DNA from: an uncultured bacterium
GTDB lineage: Bacteria > Patescibacteriota > Patescibacteriia > CAIQCM01
Assembly: GCA_963708045.1 (NCBI GenBank)
Contig: OY970181.1
Location: 387,740-451,739 of the forward strand
Length of the DNA: 64,000 nucleotides
Reading direction: 5' to 3'
A model generated the notes under the pieces. It worked only from the letters and a program-made list of their open reading frames with translations, did no database searches and had not been told where the DNA came from. Each line of letters opens with the position of its first letter. Position 1 is the first letter of the stretch. Below, in pieces: positions 18,877 to 29,974 of this stretch. A program made the translations under genes and the position numbers.

Positions 18877-19599
18877 ATGGCAAAAAAAAGCCGAAAACAA
18901 TTGTGGTGGATATTGATCTTGGGGACAGTTTTTATTTTAATCGCTACTTTTGTTTTAAAAGTCTGGATCAATTATCGTCTTATTAAAACCGGCAACATTG
19001 ATTTAATTTCCGTAAACGAATCACGAGACAGGTTTACGCGCGGCACGGGCGCCGTCGGAGATGGAGCGGCACCACTTTGGGAAAAGGGAGTGCCTTTGCT
19101 TGGCGACGAGTCGGCGCCAATTCAACTCATTGAGTTTGCCGATTTCGGTTGTCCATTTTCAAAAGATGAAAGCTCGGTTTTGCGCGAATTGCTTATTAAA
19201 TATCCATCTATCTTCCGTCTGCAATTTAGAAATTTTCCGATTACCGAACTTCATCCTGGCGCTGACCTCGCGGCCGCGGCTGGCGTTTGCGCGAACGAAC
19301 AGGGTAAATTTTGGCCGATGCACGACAAACTTTTCGCCAATCAAGGTTTATTTATTGATACCGATCTAATAAAATTTGCTGGCAGTGTCGGTTTGGATGA
19401 AAATCGGTTTAAGAAATGTTTAACGTCTGCGGAAACGACGAAAAAGGTTACAAGCGACATTGGCGCGGGGAAAACGGGCGGCGTTACCGGAACCCCGACT
19501 TTCTTTATCTCTTTTGGAAAAGGAGCGCCGATTAAAATAGAGGGCGCCTTGCCGAGCGAAGTATGGGAAAAAATAAGATTGTTTTTTGTAAAAAAATAA
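18877..19599 (+). CDS. membrane-anchored DsbA-family thiol oxidoreductase
   Basis: EFADFGCPFS (CxxS), FRNFP...HP.A..AA, GKFWPMHD.LF, GVTGTPTFF. Confidence 0.88.
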   Translation: MAKKSRKQLWWILILGTVFILIATFVLKVWINYRLIKTGNIDLISVNESRDRFTRGTGAVGDGAAPLWEKGVPLLGDESAPIQLIEFADFGCPFSKDESSVLRELLIKYPSIFRLQFRNFPITELHPGADLAAAAGVCANEQGKFWPMHDKLFANQGLFIDTDLIKFAGSVGLDENRFKKCLTSAETTKKVTSDIGAGKTGGVTGTPTFFISFGKGAPIKIEGALPSEVWEKIRLFFVKK

Positions 19600-21158
19600 A
19601 ATTGTTTTCTGGTTTGCGCGTCGGCGTTGCTTTGGCCGCGCTGGTTTTTGTTTTTTTAGCGCCAGTCTTGGCAATGGCCGGCGTTACATCTACCGCTTGG
19701 ACCGACACGGAATGCGCCAAAATTGGCGGCGCTTGGCTGCCTACGGATGCTTCATCGCAAACTTTTGATTGCTTTGCCAAAGAAGTGCCGTCGCCGATAA
19801 TGATTTCCATTGGCAGTGTCTCTGGTACAACGACGCTCACCAAATACATCGCCGCCTTTTATAATTATATGGTTGCTGGCGCCGCTGTGCTCGCTGTAAT
19901 TTATATAATGATTGGCGGTTTCCAGATTCTTTATTCGGCTGGCGGCGGTGAGGTGGGGGAAGGGCGGAAAAAAATTACGAGCGCCGTTCTCGGGTTGGTG
20001 CTTATTTTCTGTTCCTACGTTCTTCTCCAGACGGTTAACCCCGCGCTTGTTAGTCTTCAGTCACCGCGGCTAAAACTTATTAAGGCGAGTTATCTGGATC
20101 AACTTACGCCGTCAAATGGCATTGGTAAGGGAAGCGCTTGTTGGACGGAAAGTGATGCCGAAGCTTGCAAAGCTGCTTGTGATAGCTGTATATGTAAAGT
20201 TCTAAAAGAACCACCGGCCGCGAAAATTGCTATTGGCATACCAATTGCGATGTTATCAATTTCGGCTGCCGTTGGTGGCGCCGCGGCAGGTATTGCCGCC
20301 GCGGGCGCGGCCAGTGGTGCCTCGATCGCCTCAGCTACCTTGAATATTTTAAGAGGTGGTGGGCGGGCAATTTGGGCCGCGACCAAGTTTGAATTTACCG
20401 TTGGAAAAGCGCTCGGCGGAACAGCTGGCGGCGTGGGTACTGTTGTTGGTGTTCCGTTGGCTGGGACTGCTTATTTAGCGAGCGAGCTTTGGGGTTCGGA
20501 TAAAAATAGTAAAGGCGAAAAAGGCGTCTGCTGGCCGTTTGCCAACCACGATATTGCCAAAGGTGAAATCTGCCAAGCCGGCGACAACCAAGGCTGTATT
20601 TCAAATTATTGTTTGACGATTGATGAATCGCTTGGAATTGGAATTTGCGCGGTGTTTGATGGCACGGTTGATTCGCTATGTAAAACGGAAAGCGATTGTA
20701 AAAAAATACAGGCTTCGGCCAAGTGTGTTACAACGGTTTCCGATGCTTATAAAAAATGCACCGACGGCGCGGTTGGTTCTCCTTGTGGCCAGGACGGAGA
20801 TTGTGCAAGCGGGTACAAATGCGATACCTCGCGATATGTTTGCGGCGGCGGTGGAGGTTTTGGAATCGGCGCGGTTTGTACTGGGAGCGCTGATTGCGCG
20901 GGTAGTAATTGCGCGATGCCTGGTGGATCAACAAAAGGAACCTGCGTGACCGGCACGCTCGGATCTTACTGTTATCGGGACAGCGATTGCAATAATGCGA
21001 CTAGTGGTTTGGTGTGTCTTGGTTATGACCTGAACACCGAAAGCAGACAGGGCGTCTGTGGTACGCCGACGCTTGATGGCGAATGTTTCTCAAATCACGA
21101 TTGTCCGACCGGCAGTCATTGCGCGATAGAAGATACCGGCGGCGTTTGCGTAAAATAA
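19563..21158 (+). CDS. VirB2/TrbC-like pilin fused to a Cys-rich repeat domain
   Basis: signal peptide; AVIYIMIGGFQ..SAGG....GRKKITSAVLGLVLIFCSYVLLQTVNP; many C..D.DC repeats. Confidence 0.75.
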   Translation: MGKNKIVFCKKIKLFSGLRVGVALAALVFVFLAPVLAMAGVTSTAWTDTECAKIGGAWLPTDASSQTFDCFAKEVPSPIMISIGSVSGTTTLTKYIAAFYNYMVAGAAVLAVIYIMIGGFQILYSAGGGEVGEGRKKITSAVLGLVLIFCSYVLLQTVNPALVSLQSPRLKLIKASYLDQLTPSNGIGKGSACWTESDAEACKAACDSCICKVLKEPPAAKIAIGIPIAMLSISAAVGGAAAGIAAAGAASGASIASATLNILRGGGRAIWAATKFEFTVGKALGGTAGGVGTVVGVPLAGTAYLASELWGSDKNSKGEKGVCWPFANHDIAKGEICQAGDNQGCISNYCLTIDESLGIGICAVFDGTVDSLCKTESDCKKIQASAKCVTTVSDAYKKCTDGAVGSPCGQDGDCASGYKCDTSRYVCGGGGGFGIGAVCTGSADCAGSNCAMPGGSTKGTCVTGTLGSYCYRDSDCNNATSGLVCLGYDLNTESRQGVCGTPTLDGECFSNHDCPTGSHCAIEDTGGVCVK

Positions 21159-21289
21159 TAAAAATAGCTAAAAGCCGCAGCCCCCTCGGGGGGTTGCGGC
21201 TTTTGTGTTTTAATGATACGCTGTCCGTTCGCATGTCTTATGAAATAAGTTTTATGAATTTTGCATAAGACAGTCCGTCACAATATTTT

Positions 21290-24118
21290 ATGCAGGAAAA
21301 AATTTCTATCCGCGGGGCGCGGGTACATAATCTAAAAAACGTATCTTTGGATATTCCCAAAGGCAAGCTTGTCGTGATGACCGGACTTTCCGGTTCGGGC
21401 AAATCGTCGCTCGCTTTTGACACGGTTTTTGCCGAAGGTCAGCGCCGCTATATGGAATCGCTTTCGTCGTACGCGCGGCAATACCTTGAGCTTCAGGACA
21501 AACCCGACGTTGATGAAATTCGCGGCCTCTCGCCAACAATCGCGATTGACCAGCGATCCAGTTCGCAAAATCCGCGCTCAACCGTTGGCACGATCACCGA
21601 AGTTTATGATTTTTTGCGCGTTCTTTTTGCACGCGCCGGTTCGCCGCATTGTCACATTTGCGGACGCGTCGTTGCTGCGCAAACAACCGAGCAGGTTGCT
21701 GAACGGATTATTAAAGAAGCGGCCAAAGGAGAAATCATCGTACTCGCGCCGGTCGTTAAGGACGAGAAGGGCGAACATAAACATATTTTTCAAGATTTTG
21801 AAAAGAGCGGCGTAATGGAAGTGCAGATTGACGGCGAAATAAAAAGCACGGCGCAGGCAAAGAACGATCGGTTGGCTCGCGATCGCCGTCACGATATTTA
21901 CGCCGTCGTCGCGCGCCTCACAACGCCGCCCGAAATTTCTCGCGCCAAAATTATCGCGAGCCATGGCCTAGAATGGGGCGATGGCTTTGTTGAAGTAATG
22001 CACGTTGCCTCGGGTGCCGTCGTCAAACTGTCACGCGACCTAATGTGCTCCAATTGCGGCGTTTCTTTGCCGACCGTTGAGCCGCGCTTGTTTTCGTTTA
22101 ACAATCCGCAAGGCGCTTGCGCCGCTTGTACTGGTCTTGGAATTAAATTGGTTTTTGTTCCTGATTTGGTTATTCCCAACCCCAAACTTACGATCGCGCA
22201 GGGCGCGGTCAAACCTTGGATGCGCATTGCCGGAAATCGCGAAATAAATCTCGCGCTTATTGAAGAAGTCGGCAAGCGCTATGGCTTCTCCGCCAATTTG
22301 CCGATTTCAGAATTTCCCAAAAAAGCGATGGATATTCTGCTCTATGGCACGGACGGCGAAAAATATACCGTTTCGGGAAAAGAAGAAATGTTTGAAGGCG
22401 TGATTCCGAGCCTAGAGGCGCGTTATCGCGAAACCGATTCCGACTATGTGCGAAAAGAGCTGGAAGAATATATGCAGACGCTCATTTGTCCGGCGTGTAA
22501 CGGTCGCCGCTTGCGACCGGAGGCGCTTGCGGTGCGTTTTGCCGATCGCAATATTTCTGAAATTGTTAAAATGCCGATTGACGAAGCGTCTAAATTCTTT
22601 TCCGAAATCAGCCGTCTTACAAACGGCAAAAAAATCGGCTTGGACGATGATGGACTTAAAATTGCGAAGCCAGCAGCCAAAGAAATTGCCGCTCGGCTTA
22701 CATATTTGCTTGATGTCGGACTTGGTTATTTAACTCTGGATCGTTCGGCCGTGACGCTTTCGGGCGGCGAAGCCCAGCGTGTGCGGCTTTCTACTCAACT
22801 CGGCACGTCGCTTTCCGGTGTCATTTACATTTTGGACGAGCCGTCCATCGGGTTGCATCCAGCTGACACTGACAAGCTCATTCTCGCGATGCGCAAGCTA
22901 AAAGATATGGGCAACTCGGTCATCGTTGTTGAACACGACGATGCCACCATTCGCGCCGCTGATTATCTGATTGACGTGGGACCGGGCGCGGGGGAATACG
23001 GCGGCGAAATTGTCGCCGAAGGCACAGTCGCGCAGGTCATAAAAAATCCCAAGTCATTAACGGGCGCGTATCTTTCTGGAAAAAAATTTATTGCCCCGCC
23101 AGTTGCGTATCGCAAAGGAAACGGCAAAGCGCTTACCGTTCTTGGCGCCGAAGAATTTAATTTGAAAAAAATAGACGCGAAAATTCCGCTTGGAAAACTT
23201 GTTACCGTGACCGGCGTTTCCGGTTCGGGCAAGTCCACGCTCATTTTGGATATTTTAGGGAAAGCGCTTTCCGCCAAACTGCATCGCGCTCGCGAACTTC
23301 CCGGAAAACACAAAGCAATAAAAGGAATAGAAAATATTGATAAGGTCGTGGCCGTTGACCAGTCGCCGATTGGCCGCACGCCGCGCTCCAACCCAGCCAC
23401 TTACACTGGTGTCTTTACGGCGATTCGCGATCTCTTTACTGAAATTCCCGAAGCCAAAGCCAAAGGTTATGACGCCGGAAAATTCTCCTTTAACGTTAAA
23501 GGTGGCGGCCGTTGCGAAGCGTGTTCGGGCGAAGGCTATGTGCAAATAGAAATGTTTTTTTTGCCCGACGTATTTATTGAATGCAAAGAATGCCGCGGTC
23601 GGCGCTATAATCGCGAAGCGCTGGAAGTGCACTACAAGGACAAAAATATCGCCGACGTGCTGGATATGACGGTAGAAGAAGCGCGCCGTTTCTTTTCGGA
23701 CACGCCTTCTATTTCCGACAAACTGGGCGTGCTTGCCGAAGTTGGGCTTGGATATTTGCGTCTGGGACAGCCGGCAAATACGCTCTCGGGCGGCGAAGCG
23801 CAGCGCGTTAAACTCGCGACCGAATTGTCGCGTCGCGAAACCGGCCGCACCGTTTATATTTTGGACGAACCAACAACTGGTCTTCACTTTGATGACATTA
23901 AACGTTTGCTTGAAGTGCTAAATCGTTTGGTTGAAAAAGGTAACACCGTCGTTGTAATTGAACACAATTTGGACGTTATCAAGTGTTCTGACTGGGTGAT
24001 TGATATGGGGCCCGAAGGCGGCGCGCGCGGTGGCGAAATTGTCGCCGAAGGCACGCCTAAGGAAGTCGCGAAGAACGCTAAAAGCGTGACGGGGAAGTAC
24101 TTGAAGGGGAGTCTATAA
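21290..24118 (+). CDS. uvrA: excinuclease ABC subunit A
   Basis: two GxSGSGKS Walker A motifs, two LSGGEAQR signatures, zinc fingers. Confidence 0.98.
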   Translation: MQEKISIRGARVHNLKNVSLDIPKGKLVVMTGLSGSGKSSLAFDTVFAEGQRRYMESLSSYARQYLELQDKPDVDEIRGLSPTIAIDQRSSSQNPRSTVGTITEVYDFLRVLFARAGSPHCHICGRVVAAQTTEQVAERIIKEAAKGEIIVLAPVVKDEKGEHKHIFQDFEKSGVMEVQIDGEIKSTAQAKNDRLARDRRHDIYAVVARLTTPPEISRAKIIASHGLEWGDGFVEVMHVASGAVVKLSRDLMCSNCGVSLPTVEPRLFSFNNPQGACAACTGLGIKLVFVPDLVIPNPKLTIAQGAVKPWMRIAGNREINLALIEEVGKRYGFSANLPISEFPKKAMDILLYGTDGEKYTVSGKEEMFEGVIPSLEARYRETDSDYVRKELEEYMQTLICPACNGRRLRPEALAVRFADRNISEIVKMPIDEASKFFSEISRLTNGKKIGLDDDGLKIAKPAAKEIAARLTYLLDVGLGYLTLDRSAVTLSGGEAQRVRLSTQLGTSLSGVIYILDEPSIGLHPADTDKLILAMRKLKDMGNSVIVVEHDDATIRAADYLIDVGPGAGEYGGEIVAEGTVAQVIKNPKSLTGAYLSGKKFIAPPVAYRKGNGKALTVLGAEEFNLKKIDAKIPLGKLVTVTGVSGSGKSTLILDILGKALSAKLHRARELPGKHKAIKGIENIDKVVAVDQSPIGRTPRSNPATYTGVFTAIRDLFTEIPEAKAKGYDAGKFSFNVKGGGRCEACSGEGYVQIEMFFLPDVFIECKECRGRRYNREALEVHYKDKNIADVLDMTVEEARRFFSDTPSISDKLGVLAEVGLGYLRLGQPANTLSGGEAQRVKLATELSRRETGRTVYILDEPTTGLHFDDIKRLLEVLNRLVEKGNTVVVIEHNLDVIKCSDWVIDMGPEGGARGGEIVAEGTPKEVAKNAKSVTGKYLKGSL

Positions 24119-24138
24119 GAGGTGTATATTGTTTTGGT

Positions 24139-24471
24139 ATGGAAGACGCATCAAAAAATGAAATACTAGAAGCCATCGGCGAGTTCTCTAATCGGGTAGA
24201 GCAGCGTTTTGATAAGATTGAGGATAGATTGGGAAGTGTTGAGAATAGGCTTGAGAAAGTTGAGAATAAACTAGGGAAAGTTGAGGCTGTTATGGTCACC
24301 AAGGATTATCTTGATGACAAGTTGTTGGATATGAAAGGTGATATGGTTGTGATGATGCGCAAAGAAGACGAGAAGGTTAAAATGCTAGTGCAAATTCTTC
24401 AACGAAAAAATTTATTGAACGACGCCGAGGCTAAACTGATTTTTGCCCTTGAACCGTTTCCCAACCGCTAA
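24139..24471 (+). CDS. small coiled-coil hypothetical protein
   Basis: heptad repeats FDKIEDRLGSVENRLEKVENKLGKVE. Confidence 0.7.
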   Translation: MEDASKNEILEAIGEFSNRVEQRFDKIEDRLGSVENRLEKVENKLGKVEAVMVTKDYLDDKLLDMKGDMVVMMRKEDEKVKMLVQILQRKNLLNDAEAKLIFALEPFPNR

Positions 24472-24556
24472 AAACCCAAACTCAAATATTAAACCCCCTG
24501 CTTATTGCAGGGGGTTTGTGATAGCAGTTGTTTTCATAAAATGATAAAATCATTTT

Positions 24557-25045
24557 ATGAAGCGCAAAGCCTTTACGTTAATTGAACTTTTGGTCGTGCT
24601 TGCGATTATTGGTTTGCTTTCCACGATTGCGATAATCTCGCTTTCAACCGCACGAAGGCAATCAAGGAACGTCAGACGGATTGCTGACGCCAAACAGCTT
24701 GTGACGGCTTTTGGTTTAGGTCTTGATGCTAGCGCGACAGGCCAATATCCTTCAACTGGCGGCGACGTGTGGAAATGCATTGGTTCAGTGTGCACTGGCG
24801 GTTGGGCGGTACTCCCCGCAAGTGCGACAGTAGACGCCTTCTTTACGCCTTTTATGGCCAAGCCAACTGATCCTGATGATAAAAATGCGCGTTGTTGCGA
24901 AGGTTATATATATAATGGGGCATTTGCTGTGAATGGAGGATTGCCGACCATTGAATATTTGTTAGAATTTCCTGCCACGTGCGGCATTGGAAAAATGTAT
25001 GGTACAACTGCTACCTATGTGTCCTGTATCGTGGGACTTAATTGA
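24557..25045 (+). CDS. type IV pilin-like protein
   Basis: MKRKA/FTLIELLVVLAIIGLLSTI..; P.DP; Cys-containing variable domain. Confidence 0.88.
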   Translation: MKRKAFTLIELLVVLAIIGLLSTIAIISLSTARRQSRNVRRIADAKQLVTAFGLGLDASATGQYPSTGGDVWKCIGSVCTGGWAVLPASATVDAFFTPFMAKPTDPDDKNARCCEGYIYNGAFAVNGGLPTIEYLLEFPATCGIGKMYGTTATYVSCIVGLN

Positions 25046-25141
25046 TATTTGTTTTCTTTTATCTTTTTTCTTCCCCAATTAAGCACTATAATTTCTGAAT
25101 AAAAAAATCCTCCCCGCTTTTGGCGGGGAGGATTTTTAAAA

Positions 25142-25528
25142 TTACTGAAGGGATTTTTCCTTAAGCTTCTTGGTATAGTTTTTGATGTTGTAAAGTTTGG
25201 CGCGGCGAACCTTGGCTTGCTTGACCGGCTCAACGTTTACGATTGTCGGAAGATCCATTGGGTAGATTTTTTCAACGCCGATGCCGTATGATTCTTTTCT
25301 AACGGTAAAAGTGCGCGAAACGCCGGCGCCGCGGATGCCGATAATGATGCCTTCAAAAATCTGAACGCGCTCTTTTTCTTCGCCCTTTGGCGTGATTTCG
25401 CGAATCTTTTGGTGAACCTTAACCGTCATGCCAGGTTTAATATCCCAGCGGCGTTTTCCCGCGGGTTTCGCGGTTTCGGCCGGTGCGGTAACGGTGGTTT
25501 CGGTTGAATTTTGTTTGGTTTCTTCCAT
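25142..25528 (-). CDS. rplS: 50S ribosomal protein L19
   Basis: PGMTVKVH.KI.E...KERVQIFEG; TFTVRKESYGIGVEKIYP; KVRRAKLY. Confidence 0.96.
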   Translation of the reverse strand: MEETKQNSTETTVTAPAETAKPAGKRRWDIKPGMTVKVHQKIREITPKGEEKERVQIFEGIIIGIRGAGVSRTFTVRKESYGIGVEKIYPMDLPTIVNVEPVKQAKVRRAKLYNIKNYTKKLKEKSLQ

Positions 25529-25610
25529 ATAAATAACCCCGTTTCCGGGGGAAGTCATTAGTGGTTAAAAGTATACACAAACCGCCAAATCTTGGCAATA
25601 CCCCCTTATA

Positions 25611-26159
25611 TTATGCGTTACTTGGCAACGCCGCCATAATTTTGTCAGCGTTTTCCATTGGGCCTTTGGCGTTGGTCGTGTCCAAGACAAAATCAAAATG
25701 GCTCGGGTCAAAGCATTTTTCCACGCCATAAAGACGCTTAAATTTTTGCACAAAACGTTGAACGCGTTCTGCGTTTATTTTTTTGGTGTCGCGAACGGTG
25801 GCGTAATTTGGCTCGTCTGGCCGGTTGCCGTATTTTTGGTCGGAAAAAATTCGGCGTGCGCCTTCGTTTTCGTCGCAAGTAACGAGAATTTTAAAAGATT
25901 TGGGAATTAGAAACCATGCAAGCTTGCCTTCAACAATAATATTGTCTTCGGTTTCGCCTAATTTTTTTTGATAATTATCTATTAAAATATCGGCCTCGTC
26001 GCCGCCTGACATAAGCTCGTCAATGGTTAGGCCTTTATTTTTTGCGATAATACCAAGACGGTCGCCAGCCGAAATAAGCGTATAGTTAAGACGCTTGGCA
26101 AGTTCTTTGGCAACCGAAGTTTTTCCCGAACCGGGCGTGCCAGCGATAGTTATTATCAT
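25611..26159 (-). CDS. cytidylate kinase family protein (archaeal-type)
   Basis: ITIAGTPGSGKT, ISAGD, IDNYQ, IVEGKL, DFVLDTT. Confidence 0.82.
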   Translation of the reverse strand: MIITIAGTPGSGKTSVAKELAKRLNYTLISAGDRLGIIAKNKGLTIDELMSGGDEADILIDNYQKKLGETEDNIIVEGKLAWFLIPKSFKILVTCDENEGARRIFSDQKYGNRPDEPNYATVRDTKKINAERVQRFVQKFKRLYGVEKCFDPSHFDFVLDTTNAKGPMENADKIMAALPSNA

Positions 26160-26239
26160 AGGTGTTAGGTTTCAGGTGTTAGGTTTTAGGTTTAGGGCGT
26201 CGGGTTGTCCCCTGACACCTTGAACCTTTAACCTAAAAC

Positions 26240-27106
26240 CTAGGGGATGTTAGTAAATTCTGGTGGCATTTCAGATTCATACGATACCTCGTTTCCGTTT
26301 AAATCAACAAATCCGATTTTGGAAGCGTGGAGAAGGAGGCGTTTTGGTTTAAGCCCTGCTTTGGTTGGAGCGTAGAGCGCGTCGCCGGCAATCGGGTGGC
26401 TGATAAATTTTAAGTGCACGCGGATTTGGTGCATTCTTCCAGTTTCGGTGATTATTTTTAGCAAAGTTGATTTTTTGCCGCGGCGCAAAACTTCATAATG
26501 CGTAACCGAGGCCAGGCCGTCTTCTTTAACCGCCATTTTTCCTTTGCGATTTCGGCCAAGCGGCTCGTTAATCGTTCCTGCTTCAAGTTTGGTTGACCCA
26601 AGGACAACGGCGCAATATTCTTTTTTAATTTTGTGATCGGCAAATTGTTTTTTAAAGTAATCGTAGGCTTTTTGCGTTTTAGCGGCGATCATTAAGCCGG
26701 AAACGTCGCGGTCAAGACGGTGAACAATGCCTGGGCGGTGCGGCTCGCCGACTTCGCGAATGGGCGGAAAATAATTCAGGAGAAGGTTTACGAGCGTGCC
26801 CTTGTGTCTCGTCGCGGTTGCGTGAACGGTAAGGCCGGCGGGTTTTTCAAGGATGATATAGTCTTTTGTTTCGGCAATTATTTTGAGCAGTCCGTCTTCG
26901 GCTGGAAGCTCCGAGGCGTCCGCGGGAAGAGTATTAATTTCATCGCCCGCCTTTAAGCGAATGCCGCCGCCTGCCGGTTTGCCGTTAAGGCTGGTTTCGT
27001 TTCGGCGAATGATATGCTGAACCGCCGAGCGGGTTATACCAAGCGCTTCGGCTAAATAGACGTCTAGCCGCTTTTTTGAATTTTGTTGATCAATTATGAA
27101 TTTCAT
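26240..27106 (-). CDS. RluA/RluD-family pseudouridine synthase
   Basis: S4-like RLDVYL; KPAGLTVH; RPGIVHRLDRDVSGL; ETGRMHQIRVHL; GDALY. Confidence 0.94.
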   Translation of the reverse strand: MKFIIDQQNSKKRLDVYLAEALGITRSAVQHIIRRNETSLNGKPAGGGIRLKAGDEINTLPADASELPAEDGLLKIIAETKDYIILEKPAGLTVHATATRHKGTLVNLLLNYFPPIREVGEPHRPGIVHRLDRDVSGLMIAAKTQKAYDYFKKQFADHKIKKEYCAVVLGSTKLEAGTINEPLGRNRKGKMAVKEDGLASVTHYEVLRRGKKSTLLKIITETGRMHQIRVHLKFISHPIAGDALYAPTKAGLKPKRLLLHASKIGFVDLNGNEVSYESEMPPEFTNIP

Positions 27107-27171
27107 TTTTTAAACTTTTAACTTTTAGCTTTTAACTTTTAGGTGGCTAACTAAAAGTTAACAGTTAACAG

Positions 27172-28701
27172 TTAAAAGTTTTTAACAAACTTCTCCGCCT
27201 CTTTTGCTGTTTTAATTTTTCCTTCCAATTGCGCTTCGCGAAGGGCGGCAATTAGTTTGCCGACTTCTTCGCCGGGCTCTAGTCCGGTTATTTTCATTAT
27301 CCGACAACCATCAATCAATGGCGGCGGTAATTTTTTACCCGCGCCCATTGCGGCGAGCTCATCAATTCTTTTCACGAGCAGGTCAAGATGTTTCAGGTGG
27401 TCGGGTTTCATTCCGCCATCCGGAATCGTTGCCATTGAGTCGGCGTATATTACCATTAAAAGCTCGCGGCCGGGAAGGTTGGGATTAAAGAAATATTTTT
27501 CCAGCGTGCTCGGGCGAATGTCGTCAATATTGCCATGAACGGTAAAAAGGTGGTGGTGGATGATCCAGCCAATGTTGTCCGGAGAAACGCCGATGTCTTC
27601 GGGCGCGGAAAACGTCAGTCGCTTGGCAATCGCTTCAGTCATTTCCGCGCCAACGCGGTCGTGGCCGTTGTAGCGAATGCGGTCGGTGCCGTCGCGTTCC
27701 GGTGTTTGAATTGTCGCCGGTTTTCCAAGATCGTGGAACAGTGTCGCCATTATAACGAGCGGCGATGGCGTTTCATTGTCAAAATATTTTTTAAATCCTG
27801 GCTTATAAAGCTCGGCAAGGGCGAGTCGCGTGTGCGCCCAAACGTCGCCTTCGCTGTGAAAGTTAGTTGGTTGAGGACAACCGCGCATTGTGAGAAGCTC
27901 CGGCATCAGGTTGTCGGTCGCCGTGGTTTCGTAAAAAAGATCAAAGGCGCGCGCGGGATCGGCAATAAATGATTTTAGTATTTCGCGGGCAATCGTTTCT
28001 GTGGAAATAACGCGAACGTTTCCTTCGCGAGTGGAACGGAAGTCGTTTAAATTTTTCATAAAAACGCGCATCGCGGTCAGGGTGTCGTTATCAATCGCAA
28101 AGCCAAGCTGAACGGAAAAACGAATGCCGCGCAAAATGCGCGAGTAGTCTTCGCGAAAACGTTCCTCGGGTCGGCCGACTGTGCGGATTATTTTTTCTTT
28201 TAAATCAGCTTGTCCGTTAAAGGGATCAATCAGCATCGGTTTTGGATAAAGACGATAAGCCATCGCGTTAACCGTAAAATCGCGCCGCGCCAAGTCATCT
28301 TCAATTTTTAAATTTGGGTCGGAAGAAACTTCTACGTCGCGATAACCGCCTTCATTAAACGAGTGCTCGGTACGAGGAAGGGCAATGTCCAACGCCCGCC
28401 CAGAATTTTGTCGCGGTTTTGCTTCAACCGATTTTGGCACAAACTTCCATACGCCAAAACGTTTGCCAACAAGGTTGACTGTGCCATGCGTTTTTAAAAA
28501 TTTTTCAAGCGCCGTGGGTGTTACGCCACGAACGACAATGTCAAAATCTTTGCTTCCGTCACGGTTAAGGAGTGCGTCGCGCACCGAGCCGCCGACCAAA
28601 AAGATCTCGCCTTTTTTAAAGCGGGTTTTAAAAGCTCCGACGAGCGTGCGGAGCGGTTCCTTGCGTCCGAGGGCGGAAAGTTTGGCTAGCTTCTTGTCCA
28701 T
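27172..28701 (-). CDS. CCA tRNA nucleotidyltransferase with HD domain
   Basis: LVGGSVRD.LL..DFD, DLARRDFTVNAMA, FREDYSRILR, H.EGDVW.HT, FHDLGK. Confidence 0.9.
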   Translation of the reverse strand: MDKKLAKLSALGRKEPLRTLVGAFKTRFKKGEIFLVGGSVRDALLNRDGSKDFDIVVRGVTPTALEKFLKTHGTVNLVGKRFGVWKFVPKSVEAKPRQNSGRALDIALPRTEHSFNEGGYRDVEVSSDPNLKIEDDLARRDFTVNAMAYRLYPKPMLIDPFNGQADLKEKIIRTVGRPEERFREDYSRILRGIRFSVQLGFAIDNDTLTAMRVFMKNLNDFRSTREGNVRVISTETIAREILKSFIADPARAFDLFYETTATDNLMPELLTMRGCPQPTNFHSEGDVWAHTRLALAELYKPGFKKYFDNETPSPLVIMATLFHDLGKPATIQTPERDGTDRIRYNGHDRVGAEMTEAIAKRLTFSAPEDIGVSPDNIGWIIHHHLFTVHGNIDDIRPSTLEKYFFNPNLPGRELLMVIYADSMATIPDGGMKPDHLKHLDLLVKRIDELAAMGAGKKLPPPLIDGCRIMKITGLEPGEEVGKLIAALREAQLEGKIKTAKEAEKFVKNF

Positions 28702-28761
28702 ACTTATATGTTACGTAAAAAAGCGAACGCCGACCAGAGAGCGAACTCGGTGGTCGGCGGT

Positions 28762-29223
28762 TTACGGCGCGCTTTTACTAATGGCGCGCTCGAGCGGGGG
28801 AAGCGTGATGAACGCATAAATGCGTCCAACTTGCAGACTAAAAAGATCTGCCTCTTCTGGCGCGTGGGCCTGAAGCGAGGCGATGGCGTCGTCATAGAGC
28901 TTTGTTAGCTCCAAGTGTCCGGTTTGTCCTTGTGGCGTTTTTGTTTTGATCTCAATGCTTGTTTTGCGCAGAGTTTCAATCATATCTTTGATGAGGTCAA
29001 CGCTCCAGAGCCGATACATCGGCTTAGTTCTAATGGCTGCGTCAATCACATCCCGAAAATGAAACTCAAAAGCAAGTAAAAAGTTTCTTGCGAAAATGTT
29101 TTTCATTGCCTGTGGACAAGCAGCAATGATTTCGCTAAGAAGGACAAAACGCCAGATGCTCGTATTCGGTTTTTCAGTTTGCGATCCAAAGACCAGACCG
29201 GGGAGATAGGAAAATCTGTCCAT
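28762..29223 (-). CDS. hypothetical protein
   Basis: strong SD aaaggaggtg before the ATG at 29223. Confidence 0.55.
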   Translation of the reverse strand: MDRFSYLPGLVFGSQTEKPNTSIWRFVLLSEIIAACPQAMKNIFARNFLLAFEFHFRDVIDAAIRTKPMYRLWSVDLIKDMIETLRKTSIEIKTKTPQGQTGHLELTKLYDDAIASLQAHAPEEADLFSLQVGRIYAFITLPPLERAISKSAP

Positions 29224-29324
29224 AACAACACCTCCTTTCGGTTCAACGTCAAACCATATCAGGCTAGACAAATTCTGTCAATTATGGTATTTTTAAATAA
29301 ATTTATCGTAATTATATCTAAAAT

Positions 29325-29939
29325 ATGAACGAAAGACATGCGGGGGAAAATTTTATGGAAGAACAGCCACCAGAAGACAGTCAAGAGTTGGTAATTGATG
29401 GTGCAGTTGGAGAAGAAGGGTTTGGAGACGATCTAACAGCAGCCGGTAAAAAAACTATTTCTGGTCCAAATCCGATGTTTGCCGGCGAAGAAGAATTTAT
29501 AGATCAGCCGACTATGCGCGAACCAAGTCCGCTTTTTAAAGTTGATCGTGACGAACGCTCCAGATTTATTATTGAATCACTAAGAAGCCCGGTCGCCAGT
29601 TTAATTGAAACTGGAAAATTTTCGCCAGAAAATGTGCCGGGAATGATTAAGGACATTCTTGCTGGTAAATTAAAAAATGATCCGCAATTAGGCGACACGC
29701 CGGCAAGCGAAAAAGATGTTAAAATAACAATCGCGCTGATTGCCGAAAATGTTCGCCGCTATGCCGAAGCTAGAAATGATCAGATTACGGCAAAATCGGC
29801 AGAGGATTTAATTCTTGCTTCGGTCGGGGTAAAATATACCGAACTTGGCGATTTTTTGCGCGGTGCCTCAATTATAAAAGGCGGAACGGATAAAGAAGAC
29901 ACCATCCTTGAAGCAGAGTTAAAAAAGGCGGGGTTATAA
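29325..29939 (+). CDS. acidic hypothetical protein
   Basis: 204-aa ORF with host-like codon style. Confidence 0.65.
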   Translation: MNERHAGENFMEEQPPEDSQELVIDGAVGEEGFGDDLTAAGKKTISGPNPMFAGEEEFIDQPTMREPSPLFKVDRDERSRFIIESLRSPVASLIETGKFSPENVPGMIKDILAGKLKNDPQLGDTPASEKDVKITIALIAENVRRYAEARNDQITAKSAEDLILASVGVKYTELGDFLRGASIIKGGTDKEDTILEAELKKAGL

Positions 29940-29974
29940 ATGTGGGCGGATAGTTTTGCTTTTTCTATGGGCTC

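Noticed and set aside
24200-24290. 21-bp tandem repeat as a mobile or regulatory element
   Set aside because: Explained by the coiled-coil heptad coding of the 110-aa ORF.
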